From positions 1-26,154 of IMG/VR virus record IMGVR_UViG_3300033475_000490: DNA of 26,154 nucleotides, one strand, 5' to 3'. Both the position numbers and the translations under genes were made by a program. Position 1 is the first letter of the stretch, and every line of letters begins with the position of its first letter. The notes beneath the pieces were generated by a model that worked only from the letters and a program-made list of their open reading frames with translations, did no database searches and was not told where the DNA came from. The stretch is from a virus (Duplodnaviria; Caudoviricetes). Positions 8,964-18,054 of this stretch are shown piece by piece.

Positions 8964-10972
8964 GCTATACCTCTATCCCCAAGGGTACCGACCCTTGGGA
9001 TGTTCAGGTCAATGCGGCATTCGCCGATCAGGATCTGCGCATCTCCACCAACACCACGGACATCGCAACCAGCGCAGCCAACATCTCTACCAACTCTGGG
9101 CAGATCTCCAGCTTGCAAGCCCAGGTGACCACCAATCTCGACAACCTGGTCTACAAGGTAGACAATCATGGCGCCGTAGGTGACGGCACCACGAACGACC
9201 AGCCTGCTATCCAGGCCCTGATCAACTCGGTGCCCAGGGGTGCGACAGTCAAGTTTGGAGCCAAGCGCTACGCCATCAGTGACACCCTCACCCTTCCCCC
9301 GTATGTCCGGGTGGAAGGCGCCTTCTATGATCGTGATGCCGCTCAGGCTGACGGCTATCCCGCCATCGTTCCGCTTGCCGGTTTCGTCGGAGCGTCCGTG
9401 TTTACACTGGTGGACAAGGCGACTGGTGGCTATGCCACCGAGAACCGTGATGCGATGATCACAAACCTGGTTATCGATGGCGTCAACCTGACCACCGAAA
9501 CGGTAAGCGGTATCAGTGCCACAGGGTTCGTTCACTCTACCCAGATCTTTCAGGTCACCATCACGGGCATGACCAATCACTTCATCACTCAGGCCAGCAA
9601 CGGGTCGGGTAATCCGTACTCGTGGCGGATGTCTGATATCCAGCTTCTGGGCACAGGATCTGGCACGGCCTGGAATGGCTTTAATCTGATCGGCACCGAC
9701 CATCAGCTGACCAGCTGCCGCACGCTGAACATCCGAGGAAACGGGTATCAGCTGAATGGCGGGGCGAACAACCAGATAGACAACTGCCGCGCCGAGTGGT
9801 CGGCGCTCTCCGGGCTGTACATCACGGGTTCCTGGGGGACAGGCACCGGCTCTGGTGGCTGCATCGTCAACGGATTCTCCACCGACAGAAACTCCAGTTA
9901 TGGAGTCCTGGTCGACTCCACAGGCAACGCATCGCACCTTATCTCTGGCCTGATGGCCAGGCGTGATGGACGCAACGGATTCCCCGGCACCGGTGGAGGT
10001 GGGTTCGCAGGGCTGCGCGTGTCCTCCGCCACCACCCCTGTGATTGTCTCCGGCATCACGGTCTATCCGGGTGTCAACGATGACGGCACGGGCGTCAACT
10101 CTCCTGAACGTGGGATCTCGGTAGCCAACTCTACGTATGTCTCTATCGAGAACGGCTACCTCCATGCGGACACCACTCCCTGGCACGACGGAGCAGGCAA
10201 CACAGCCCTCTATCGCGGTCCCCTCGTAGGGACCGCTACAGGAACCACAGCAGCGCCCACGAGAAGCCTTGTCGGAGCCAACTCCATGCCGGGGCCCTTC
10301 AACCTTACGCAGGGCGGTTACACGGCCACCAGGGGCGCGTCAGGCAATACTCTACTGAACGGCAACGTCACTGGGGACACGCAGCAGAGACTGGCTGTCA
10401 CCGCGAATGGCGACATGACCTGGGGATCGGGTGCTGGTGCGGGCGACGTGGTTCTCAAGCGGTCTGGTGCTGGCGTTCTTCAGGTCACCACCGGAACGCT
10501 GGATCTCAACTCCAAGAAGATCACCGGCCTTGCCAACGGCACGGCCGCTACCGATGCGGTGGCCTTCAACCAGATTACCATCGCGAGAACGGTGACATCG
10601 AACGAGACGAACAGCACCACAACCCAGCAGGCCAGCACTCAGCTGATTCTTCCGGTGGTAGCCACTGGCACCTACCTCATGCGGGCGGAGCTGGTATGGA
10701 ATACCCCGAACGCCGTTAACTTTGTCCACTCGTGGACTGGTCCGGCTGGCGCCACGCTTACATGGACCGACAGTACGGCTACGTCGATGGCAACCATTGG
10801 AGCCACTGACACGTGGAGCAGCACGGGCGTGGACAAGGCGGCTTACTTCTTTGGGACGCTCGCCACGACTGGTACGGCAGGGAACTTCACCCTCACCTTC
10901 GCTTCGGGCACGGCAGCCAACACGGCCACCCTGAAGATCAACAGTAACGTAACGCTCTACAGGATCTCTTAA
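8960..10972 (+). CDS. tailspike / receptor-binding protein with right-handed beta-helix (pectate lyase-like), 670 aa
   Basis: Start moved to TTG 8960 behind GGAGG; short coiled coil then VDNHGAVGDGTTNDQPAIQALIN, the typical beta-helix cap; Asn/Gly-rich rungs; KKITGLANGTAATDAVAFNQ neck-like motif. Confidence 0.85.
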   Translation: MSYTSIPKGTDPWDVQVNAAFADQDLRISTNTTDIATSAANISTNSGQISSLQAQVTTNLDNLVYKVDNHGAVGDGTTNDQPAIQALINSVPRGATVKFGAKRYAISDTLTLPPYVRVEGAFYDRDAAQADGYPAIVPLAGFVGASVFTLVDKATGGYATENRDAMITNLVIDGVNLTTETVSGISATGFVHSTQIFQVTITGMTNHFITQASNGSGNPYSWRMSDIQLLGTGSGTAWNGFNLIGTDHQLTSCRTLNIRGNGYQLNGGANNQIDNCRAEWSALSGLYITGSWGTGTGSGGCIVNGFSTDRNSSYGVLVDSTGNASHLISGLMARRDGRNGFPGTGGGGFAGLRVSSATTPVIVSGITVYPGVNDDGTGVNSPERGISVANSTYVSIENGYLHADTTPWHDGAGNTALYRGPLVGTATGTTAAPTRSLVGANSMPGPFNLTQGGYTATRGASGNTLLNGNVTGDTQQRLAVTANGDMTWGSGAGAGDVVLKRSGAGVLQVTTGTLDLNSKKITGLANGTAATDAVAFNQITIARTVTSNETNSTTTQQASTQLILPVVATGTYLMRAELVWNTPNAVNFVHSWTGPAGATLTWTDSTATSMATIGATDTWSSTGVDKAAYFFGTLATTGTAGNFTLTFASGTAANTATLKINSNVTLYRIS

Positions 10973-10980
10973 GGAGAGTC

Positions 10981-11157
10981 ATGGCTAAGCCGAACAAGAA
11001 GGCCCCTCTCGGTCAGGGTGGGCGCTTTGCCGCCGTCGCCAAGGCGGCAGGTGGCGGAGAGAAGGGCAAGCGTATTGCCGCTGCCGCAGGCCGCAAGAAG
11101 TATGGTGCCACCAAGATGGCGAAGATGGCAGCCAAGGGAAGGAAGGGATCGAAGTGA
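10981..11157 (+). CDS. very basic 58-aa Lys/Ala/Gly-rich protein (not in ORF track)
   Basis: AAGGAG RBS, ATG; MAKPNKKAPLGQGGRFAAVAKAAGGGEKGKRIAAAAGRKKYGATKMAKMAAKGRKGSK; GTGA overlap with next gene. Confidence 0.85.
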   Translation: MAKPNKKAPLGQGGRFAAVAKAAGGGEKGKRIAAAAGRKKYGATKMAKMAAKGRKGSK

Positions 11158-11423
11158 GCGATCTTTACAAGAACCCTCAGACTCAGCCGCAGGATCGCGA
11201 GCTTGAGAAGAGGCTGGACGATCACATGGACTGGGGCGGTGCCCGGATGAATCCGGTCGGCCCCGCTGGCACCACGATCCACGTCAACCAGAACGAAAAG
11301 GGCATCCTCGAAGACGGCCTGTTCGAGGCGATGAGGATGCACCAGGCATCGGAGCTTGGGTCGGACCACGATCGCTACGCTCAGGGGATCTACGGTGACA
11401 CCGGCGACAAGTACTCCGACTAA
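11154..11423 (+). CDS. hypothetical acidic protein (89 aa)
   Basis: GTGA coupling to previous gene; purine-rich RBS. Confidence 0.75.
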   Translation: MSDLYKNPQTQPQDRELEKRLDDHMDWGGARMNPVGPAGTTIHVNQNEKGILEDGLFEAMRMHQASELGSDHDRYAQGIYGDTGDKYSD

Positions 11424-11589
11424 TACGAATATGGCTGCGGCGGTCCTCGGGACCGCCAAGCCGCAGGCCAATACCTACCAGTCATCGGCTGCCGTAAGCA
11501 GCCGGGCTATCAAGACACAGACAGCGATGAGCGGACACAATGTGTTCCGTCCTGATGTCTATCGAGTCAGCGAAGGAACCGTAATCTGA
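11395..11589 (+). CDS. hypothetical protein (about 52-64 aa; start GTG 11395 or ATG 11431)
   Basis: Fills the gap; AGGGG upstream of GTG 11395; TGATG overlap with next gene. Confidence 0.5.
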   Translation: MTPATSTPTNTNMAAAVLGTAKPQANTYQSSAAVSSRAIKTQTAMSGHNVFRPDVYRVSEGTVI

Positions 11590-11816
11590 TGGCAGCTCCA
11601 CGCAAGACCACCACTACCGTCGAGACTGAGCCCTTCCTCAAGAAGGGCCAGCTTATCAATGTGGACCGAGGTGGGCGCACTCTTCACAACCTGGAAGTCC
11701 TCGACTTCGACGACAGGTACATCAAGGTTCGCTGGGATATGAACGTCTCCCCGCAGACCGAGGTCGTTCTCGTTCCGATCGGTGATGCGATCATCGGTCT
11801 AGTGGGTGAGCGATGA
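11589..11816 (+). CDS. hypothetical protein (75 aa, small beta-rich domain)
   Basis: AAGGA RBS; stop/start overlaps at both ends. Confidence 0.75.
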   Translation: MAAPRKTTTTVETEPFLKKGQLINVDRGGRTLHNLEVLDFDDRYIKVRWDMNVSPQTEVVLVPIGDAIIGLVGER

Positions 11817-11959
11817 GGAATACCTCCTGGCCGAACATCCCAAGCGAGCCTAAGTGTCCGAATTGCGGATGCCCTGCTACCACCTGCCAGTGCGGCAAGC
11901 TCGATTGGGGGTGTCCTCGCTGTGGCAAGACGTTTGAAGACTGCACCTGCGTTGGGTGA
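11813..11959 (+). CDS. 48-aa Cys-rich miniprotein with two CPxCG-x5-CxC units (not in ORF track)
   Basis: ATGA overlap; MRNTSWPNIPSEPKCPNCGCPATTCQCGKLDWGCPRCGKTFEDCTCVG, 9 Cys. Confidence 0.65.
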   Translation: MRNTSWPNIPSEPKCPNCGCPATTCQCGKLDWGCPRCGKTFEDCTCVG

Positions 11960-12188
11960 GCGGTGCTCGTCGTCCTGTCGAACGAAGGACCACAGGAGCT
12001 GGGGGGAGTGCGTGAGGTCCAAGGGCCTCCAGCTTTCCCCCGCTATCAACGATACCTACGGGACCAGGCAGAAGGCCTGGGACCGAGAGCTTGACAATTT
12101 TGAGTCAGCAACCCGGCAGGGCTTGGACCCTGCCGGTACAAAGCAGCATCACATAGACGCTGCGATCAGGGAGGCAGACAGTGGCTGA
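11922..12188 (+). CDS. hypothetical protein with C-x3-C-x4-H-x5-C putative metal site (up to 88 aa; start uncertain)
   Basis: CSSSCRTKDHRSWGEC; overlaps next gene by 8 nt; alternative TTG start at 11952. Confidence 0.7.
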   Translation: MARRLKTAPALGERCSSSCRTKDHRSWGECVRSKGLQLSPAINDTYGTRQKAWDRELDNFESATRQGLDPAGTKQHHIDAAIREADSG

Positions 12189-12483
12189 AGCCAAATTCGC
12201 TGTCGAGTTCGCCAGTCAGCCCAAGGCTGCCCTGGCGAATGTATCCGGCAGTGCCAGTAGCGTGACCCTGTTCGCCAAGAACACTGACGCTCAGGCGCGG
12301 GCCGTCTACAACGACAGCACCGCAACTCTCTATCTGAAGTTCGGTGCCACAGCATCCACGACCAGCTACACCGTACAGCTCGCCGCCGGTGCCTACTACG
12401 AATTCCCTCAGCCGCTCTACACGGGTGTGGTGGACGGTATCTGGTCAGCTGCCGCAGGGGCAGCCCGCACCACGGAGTGGTGA
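12181..12483 (+). CDS. hypothetical virion-associated beta-sandwich protein (100 aa)
   Basis: GGGAGG RBS, GTG start; beta-strand pattern. Confidence 0.75.
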   Translation: MAEAKFAVEFASQPKAALANVSGSASSVTLFAKNTDAQARAVYNDSTATLYLKFGATASTTSYTVQLAAGAYYEFPQPLYTGVVDGIWSAAAGAARTTEW

Positions 12484-12487
12484 TCAT

Positions 12488-13075
12488 ATGCCTCTCTACT
12501 TCGGGGACGGAACGTTCTCCAACATCAGCATCACGGGCAACACCGACGGTATGGCGACGCCCTCCAATCACAACCTTGCGGCATGGGCATATGACCCACT
12601 CATGGGCGTTGCCAACCTGAACCTGACCAACGGGCAGCCGAGAGCGGCTGCCATCTATGTCGCCAAGTCGGTCAGCATCACGAAGATCTACTGGTGGGTT
12701 TCCACGGTGGGCGTCACTCCGACGGCAGGGCAGAATCACGTAGGCATCTACGACTCGGCTGGCAACAAGCTGGCGAGCGTGGGCGTAGATGCCGACTACG
12801 GAACTACCGGCCTGAAGACGGCTACCATCTCATCCACCGCACTAACTGCTGGACAGTTCTACTGGTGTGCCATCGTGGCCAACGCCGCAACGCCTCCAGG
12901 CGTGGCAGCCAACACCAGCGTCATTGGCGCGGCTGCCCCGATCAACGTCGGCCTTCCTGCCTCCGCCATGAGATTCGGCGTTCTTGGTGGTCTGAGCACC
13001 CAGACGACGCTACCCGCCACTATCACTCCGGCGAACAATGCCATTTCTAGCGGTGCCTGGTTCGCCGTGGCGTAA
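12488..13075 (+). CDS. minor virion / carbohydrate-binding-like protein (195 aa)
   Basis: Start moved to ATG 12488 (track start overlaps the previous gene); HVGIYDSAGNKLAS, LTAGQFYWCAI beta-sandwich pattern. Confidence 0.65.
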   Translation: MPLYFGDGTFSNISITGNTDGMATPSNHNLAAWAYDPLMGVANLNLTNGQPRAAAIYVAKSVSITKIYWWVSTVGVTPTAGQNHVGIYDSAGNKLASVGVDADYGTTGLKTATISSTALTAGQFYWCAIVANAATPPGVAANTSVIGAAAPINVGLPASAMRFGVLGGLSTQTTLPATITPANNAISSGAWFAVA

Positions 13076-13084
13076 GGAGAAATC

Positions 13085-14017
13085 ATGGCTACGAGTTTCG
13101 ATCAGCTTGTCTCACGAATCAAGCAGCAGCTTCTTGGGTACACGAGGGATCAGGCGTCGATCTCTAGCCTGGCGGCCGATATGACGGCCGCCGATACAAC
13201 CTTCATGGTGGACCCGGAGACGGTTACAAACCTGTCCAAGGGACTCATTGAGATCGGCGATGAGATGATCCTGGTCAAGAAGTTTGACCGGTCGACCGGC
13301 ACGGTTAACGTAATGGGTGGAGCGAATGGGCGGGGCGCGGAGGGGACCACCGCAGCTGCTCATTCCACCAACGATATCGTGACCGATGACCCCATGTATC
13401 CCCGGGCGCGCATCAAGGAAGCTATTAACGACACGATCAACGCCACCTTCCCAGACCTGTGGGTATTCGGAGAGTACGAGTTTCCGAAGATCGCTGCCAG
13501 ATACGAGTATCCGATACCGGCTGACGTGGAAGATGTGTACAAGGTCACGGTCAACACAATCGGGCCTTCGGCCGTCTGGTTCCCGCTCTCGTCCTGGCGG
13601 TTCAACCCGTCGGCTTCCACCACATCCGGCCAAGTCAAGCCTACGCCAACACCTACCGGCAAGAGCATCCAGATCATGAGGGACTTCATCGTCCCTGGCA
13701 GGAATATACGAGTGGAGTACATCAAACGACCGACCACCCTGACGAACGGGTCGGACGACTTCACCACGACTACCGGCTATCCCGAGCGATACATAGACCT
13801 GATCACCTATGGGTCTATGTGGCGCCTGCTTCCCGCGTACGAGTCTGCACGCCTGCAACAGCAGGCGATAGAGGCCACTGAGAGGGCTCCACTGGTGCCT
13901 ACAGGGGCTGGCAGCAACGCGTCCAAGTACTACATGGCCCTGTATCAGCAGAGGCTTGCAGAGGAGCGCACACGGCTTCAGCGCCTGTTCGATTCCTATC
14001 AGACCTATAACGGATGA
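13085..14017 (+). CDS. putative head-tail adaptor (tail tubular protein A-like), 310 aa
   Basis: AAGGAG RBS; adaptor-like layout (helical N-terminus, IKEAINDTI, EYPIPADV, LITYGSMWRL, helical C-terminus); position before fibre and nozzle. Function inferred. Confidence 0.6.
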   Translation: MATSFDQLVSRIKQQLLGYTRDQASISSLAADMTAADTTFMVDPETVTNLSKGLIEIGDEMILVKKFDRSTGTVNVMGGANGRGAEGTTAAAHSTNDIVTDDPMYPRARIKEAINDTINATFPDLWVFGEYEFPKIAARYEYPIPADVEDVYKVTVNTIGPSAVWFPLSSWRFNPSASTTSGQVKPTPTPTGKSIQIMRDFIVPGRNIRVEYIKRPTTLTNGSDDFTTTTGYPERYIDLITYGSMWRLLPAYESARLQQQAIEATERAPLVPTGAGSNASKYYMALYQQRLAEERTRLQRLFDSYQTYNG

Positions 14018-14023
14018 GGTGCC

Positions 14024-15340
14024 ATGGCTAACGCACGCTTCTATTCCTCGATCGCCGCTGTCACTACACTTCAGGTGACTGCCGCTCCATCCGATGCGAG
14101 CATCCAGGTAACCAGCTCGTCCGGCTTCCCCGGCTCGTTCCCGTTCACCCTCTCGCTGGACTATGGATCAGCTGGAGAAGAGCTGGTCGACGTCACTGCC
14201 GGTGGCCCGAACATCTTTACGGTGACACGTGCCGTGGACGGCACGTCAGCTACCACACACAATGCTGGGGCTGTGGTCAGGCATGTCTCTTCCGCCCGCG
14301 ACTTTACCGAGTCTCGCACCCATGAGGCTGCCACGACTGGTGTCCACGGCATCTCCGGCTCGTTCGTCGACACCACCTCTGTTCAGTCGATATCGAACAA
14401 GACGTTCACCAGCTCTACCTTCAGCGGTGGAACGGTTAGCGGTTCAGCCCTGGCGGGGACCCTCACGGGGTCCCCTACCTTTTCCGGCAACCCTACCTTC
14501 TCCGGGACTCCCGTCATCTCGGGAGCCCTCCAGTTCACCACCAGCGCAGCTGGTGTGGCGGTTGAAGGCATCAAGGTTACTGCCGACACCAACGACAGGT
14601 ATCGGATTCAGGGCGATGGCACCATGCTGTGGGGTCCCGGTAACGCTACACAGGACACTAACCTGTATCGCGATGCCGCCAACTCCCTGAAGACCGATGA
14701 TGCGCTCACCGTTATCGGTGAGCTTAAGCCTCAAAACCTGGTGCGGGCGCAGAGGAACTCCGCCTCGGACAGCCAGTACGAGACCAGGGTGAACGCAGAC
14801 ACTGTCGCCCGCTGGTTCATGCAGGCTGACGGAAGGCAGTGGTGGGGCCCTGGAAACGCTGCGGTCGATACCAACCTCTATCGGTCGACAGCAAACGTTC
14901 TGGCTACCGACGACTCTTTCAGCGTGGGCGGAGACCTTACGGTCACCGACACCACATGGCAAACCTTCACCCCTAGCTGGACGATTGGTGGCTCTCCGGC
15001 CACCAATACCAATGTGGGCTGGTACAAGAAGATAGGTAAGATCGTCTTCTTCGAGGTATACACAGTCTGGTCTGCCGGTGGTACGGGAAGCACGCAGATC
15101 TCTTATCAGCTTCCGTCTACCCCGTTCCGGGCTGGCAATGGGCCAGCCACCACGAGACAGAGTCCGGCCACCGGCTGGTCGTCGTCCAGCCCGACCACCG
15201 GCATGCTTGTGAGTGAGGTCCTGGCTGGCGGATCCGCCGCTACGGCGGTTGTCTCACTGTATGACAACACTCCGTACCAGAGTGCAGACATCGTCAACGG
15301 TGCCATTATCACTCTGCAAGGCTGGTATAGGGAGGCGTAA
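14024..15340 (+). CDS. tail fibre / minor tail protein (438 aa)
   Basis: GAGG RBS; TVTRAVDGTSATTHNAGAVV, QSISNKT, PTFSG repeats, two DTNLYR repeats, C-terminal WQTFTPSW...GWYKKIGKIVF receptor-binding-like domain. Confidence 0.8.
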   Translation: MANARFYSSIAAVTTLQVTAAPSDASIQVTSSSGFPGSFPFTLSLDYGSAGEELVDVTAGGPNIFTVTRAVDGTSATTHNAGAVVRHVSSARDFTESRTHEAATTGVHGISGSFVDTTSVQSISNKTFTSSTFSGGTVSGSALAGTLTGSPTFSGNPTFSGTPVISGALQFTTSAAGVAVEGIKVTADTNDRYRIQGDGTMLWGPGNATQDTNLYRDAANSLKTDDALTVIGELKPQNLVRAQRNSASDSQYETRVNADTVARWFMQADGRQWWGPGNAAVDTNLYRSTANVLATDDSFSVGGDLTVTDTTWQTFTPSWTIGGSPATNTNVGWYKKIGKIVFFEVYTVWSAGGTGSTQISYQLPSTPFRAGNGPATTRQSPATGWSSSSPTTGMLVSEVLAGGSAATAVVSLYDNTPYQSADIVNGAIITLQGWYREA

Positions 15341-15343
15341 CAT

Positions 15344-17296
15344 ATGGACGTCGTCCACGAGATCCCATGGCAGCTATCCAACTTTCTGCCTGGCACGCCG
15401 AACTCTGGTGGCTATGCGCTCAAGGACTACAACTTCGACTATGCGCTTGGTGGCATTCCGTTTCTGTCTGCCACCCGCGACCAGTGGCCATACTCCGAAG
15501 GAATGGCCGAGATCAGAAAGCAGCAATTTGACAGTTCGGCCGAGCCTGGCGAACAGTCCATCTTCGGATGGTGGCTCCGGTCTCAGAATAGCTGGACGTC
15601 CGGTGCGGGCCTGGTCTACCAGGATCCGGATGTAGTCAACCCGTACACCAGATCGTTCGACCTGAGATTCGAAGATAGCCTCGGCGTGGACAACTGGACT
15701 CCGAACCAGTTGTCTCTGCTCAGGCAGCCTGACCTCAAGTACACGCTGGCCAGCACCACCACACAAGTCAGGGGATACGTCGACCCTTCAGGGGTCGACG
15801 CTGCGTTCCTGCTCGAAGGCAACGCCCTCTCCAAGATGACAGATTCTGCCCGCACGGCTATCGTCACCGGCTCTGCCGGTACGGCTTTCGCCATAGCCAA
15901 CGCGGGGACGAGATGGTTTCTGATCGCAACCGATGGCATCTGGTCTGGAGTGGATACCGGAGCTGGTGCAAAGATCTGGAACAACCCGGCAGGCGTGCTC
16001 ACCAGCGGAATGATCGAGTACACCAAGCAGCGTTTGTGCGCCGCCTGGAACAACGTGATCTATCTACTGGACATAGTCGGAACTGGTGGCCCTGCGCTGC
16101 CTGGAGCAGCGCCAGGTTTGGTGATGACGCATCCTGATACCACTTGGGTGTGGACGTCGGCCACCGAGGGGCCGACTGCTATCTATGCGTCTGGCAGGAA
16201 CAACACTGACTCCATGATCTACAGGTTCAACCCGGATCTGTCGTCAACGACCGAAGTGTTCATCCCCACAGTGACGGCGACTATGCCCAAGGGCGAGTCG
16301 GTCAGGACTGTCTACTCGTACGTGGGTACGTACCTGGGCATCGCCACCTCGAAGGGCTTCAGGGTCGGCGAACTGGACGCTGGTGGCGACATCAGCTATG
16401 GGCCGCTTCTGTTCCAGCCGACTGGCGGATGCCAGTCGCTGTGTGGGTTCGATCGCTTCATGTACGTAGGGTCCAAGAACGCCCACGATGGCGCTACAGG
16501 CGTCTTCAGGGTGGACTTGGGCACCGCGTACCAGGAGCAGTCCACGAACGTTCTCAGGTACGCCTACGCCCGTGATATCTACGCTCCTGCGCACACCGGC
16601 ACAGTCCAATCCGTGTCTATCCTGGGCGCCTCCGGGCGCCTGGTATTCACAGTCAGCAATGACTCTGTCTGGATCCAGTCGGCTACCGTCCTGTACCCGT
16701 CAGGCTATCTACAGACAGGGCGAATCAGGTTCAACACAGAAGAGCCCAAGCTCTACAAGTTCATGTCCGTCTCAACGCCGAATCCACTTCAGGGCAACCT
16801 CGACCTGTCGGTCATTGATATCCAGGGAACCGTCTGGCCATCGCTGACATACACCCCGACGCTCAATCCGGGGACGACTGACGTCACAATCTCTCAGCCG
16901 TCAGGCAGGCAGAAGTGGATCAAGCTGAAGTTCACTCTCAATAGGGGGACCGACACCGCCAAGGGGGCCATCCTTAACGGATGGCAGGTGAAGGCCCTTC
17001 CAGGCTCCATACGCCAACGCATGATCAGTCATACGTTCCTTCTGTTCGATGAAGAGAAGGACAAGTCGAACCAGCGTATGGGAACCGATGGCTACGCCCG
17101 CTCCCGCTTCGATGCCTTCTTGAGCCTCGCTCGGGCCGGTGACGTGGTCGTGTTTCAAGAGCTGCACGATGACACCAGCATCCTTGTTGTCATAGATGAC
17201 TGGAAGTACACGCAGCTAGCGCCACCAGGCCCAGGAGGTACCACGCTTGGTGGCTACCTCACCGTTATGTTGAGGACTGTGGCCGAGTCCGTGTAA
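15344..17296 (+). CDS. putative tail nozzle (tail tubular protein B-like, beta-propeller), 650 aa
   Basis: GGGAGG RBS; long beta-rich protein; GYLQTGRIRFNTEEPKLYK near C-terminus; last large virion gene. Function inferred. Confidence 0.6.
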   Translation: MDVVHEIPWQLSNFLPGTPNSGGYALKDYNFDYALGGIPFLSATRDQWPYSEGMAEIRKQQFDSSAEPGEQSIFGWWLRSQNSWTSGAGLVYQDPDVVNPYTRSFDLRFEDSLGVDNWTPNQLSLLRQPDLKYTLASTTTQVRGYVDPSGVDAAFLLEGNALSKMTDSARTAIVTGSAGTAFAIANAGTRWFLIATDGIWSGVDTGAGAKIWNNPAGVLTSGMIEYTKQRLCAAWNNVIYLLDIVGTGGPALPGAAPGLVMTHPDTTWVWTSATEGPTAIYASGRNNTDSMIYRFNPDLSSTTEVFIPTVTATMPKGESVRTVYSYVGTYLGIATSKGFRVGELDAGGDISYGPLLFQPTGGCQSLCGFDRFMYVGSKNAHDGATGVFRVDLGTAYQEQSTNVLRYAYARDIYAPAHTGTVQSVSILGASGRLVFTVSNDSVWIQSATVLYPSGYLQTGRIRFNTEEPKLYKFMSVSTPNPLQGNLDLSVIDIQGTVWPSLTYTPTLNPGTTDVTISQPSGRQKWIKLKFTLNRGTDTAKGAILNGWQVKALPGSIRQRMISHTFLLFDEEKDKSNQRMGTDGYARSRFDAFLSLARAGDVVVFQELHDDTSILVVIDDWKYTQLAPPGPGGTTLGGYLTVMLRTVAESV

Positions 17297-17304
17297 CCCA
17301 AGGG

Positions 17305-17628
17305 GTGGGGAATGTGATTGATGGAACCATACTGTCGACCGCTATTCTGAGTATCGGAACAGGGCTGGGAGGCTACCTCGGCGGCCGCGTTACCGGCCGC
17401 ACAGCGTTTTCTCAGATAGCCAACGACACGGTTGAGATGCTTCAGGCGCAGGTCGACAGCCTGAGGAACGACAAGGACACCAAGGATCTTGAGATCCTCG
17501 ACCTACGTACCAGGGTGACAGTCCTCGAAGGACTGGTCACTCAGCGGGCAGAGGTGGAGGAGCTGAGTGATAAGGTTGACCTTGTCAAGGGAACAGTCGA
17601 CCGTATCGCCGTGAAGGTAGGCGCATGA
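17305..17628 (+). CDS. membrane protein, single N-terminal hydrophobic helix plus coiled coil (lysis-associated)
   Basis: ILSTAILSIGTGLGGYLGG then heptad-rich region; ATGA overlap. Confidence 0.7.
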   Translation: MGNVIDGTILSTAILSIGTGLGGYLGGRVTGRTAFSQIANDTVEMLQAQVDSLRNDKDTKDLEILDLRTRVTVLEGLVTQRAEVEELSDKVDLVKGTVDRIAVKVGA

Positions 17629-17900
17629 TGGAAGCACATCTCAGCCACGATTTCCCGGACCCCACTCCGGCATGGTACAAGGAACAGCCCCACAGTCCGT
17701 ACCAAGTATATGATGAAGACACGATCCGCGACATTCAGCGCACACTGTCCTGCCCAGAGACTGGCGTGATGGACCTGAACACGGTAAACCACATCAAGGG
17801 TCTACAGTACGCGATGGGTATCACGGCCACCGGAAGACTGGACCGTGAAACGGCGGTTCAGATTCAGCGTCTACGAGACAGATACCACCTGGGAGCTTAG
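17625..17900 (+). CDS. stand-alone peptidoglycan-binding-domain protein (91 aa)
   Basis: IRDIQRTL..TGVMDLNTVNHIKGLQYAMGITATGRLDRET matches the PG_binding_1 pattern; GAGG-like RBS. Confidence 0.7.
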   Translation: MMEAHLSHDFPDPTPAWYKEQPHSPYQVYDEDTIRDIQRTLSCPETGVMDLNTVNHIKGLQYAMGITATGRLDRETAVQIQRLRDRYHLGA

Positions 17901-17901
17901 G

Positions 17902-18054
17902 ATGCCCTTCGCAAGTGAAGCGCAGCGCAAGTATTTGTACGCAAAGAAGCCTGACGTAGCAAAGAAGTTTGCCATCCATGAGGCAAAGAAGGGGCGTGCT
18001 CTTCCGAGCACGGCAGCGGACTACATCAGAGGGAAGACGAGGAACAACGTATGA
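17902..18054 (+). CDS. small basic hypothetical protein (50 aa, MPFASEAQRKYLY...)
   Basis: GGGAG RBS before ATG 17902; ATGA overlap with holin. Confidence 0.7.
   Translation: MPFASEAQRKYLYAKKPDVAKKFAIHEAKKGRALPSTAADYIRGKTRNNV

Noticed and set aside
14468-14525. Short DNA repeat CCCTACCTTYTCCGG
   Set aside because: Simply encodes PTFSG fibre repeats; not an array or diversity-generating template.
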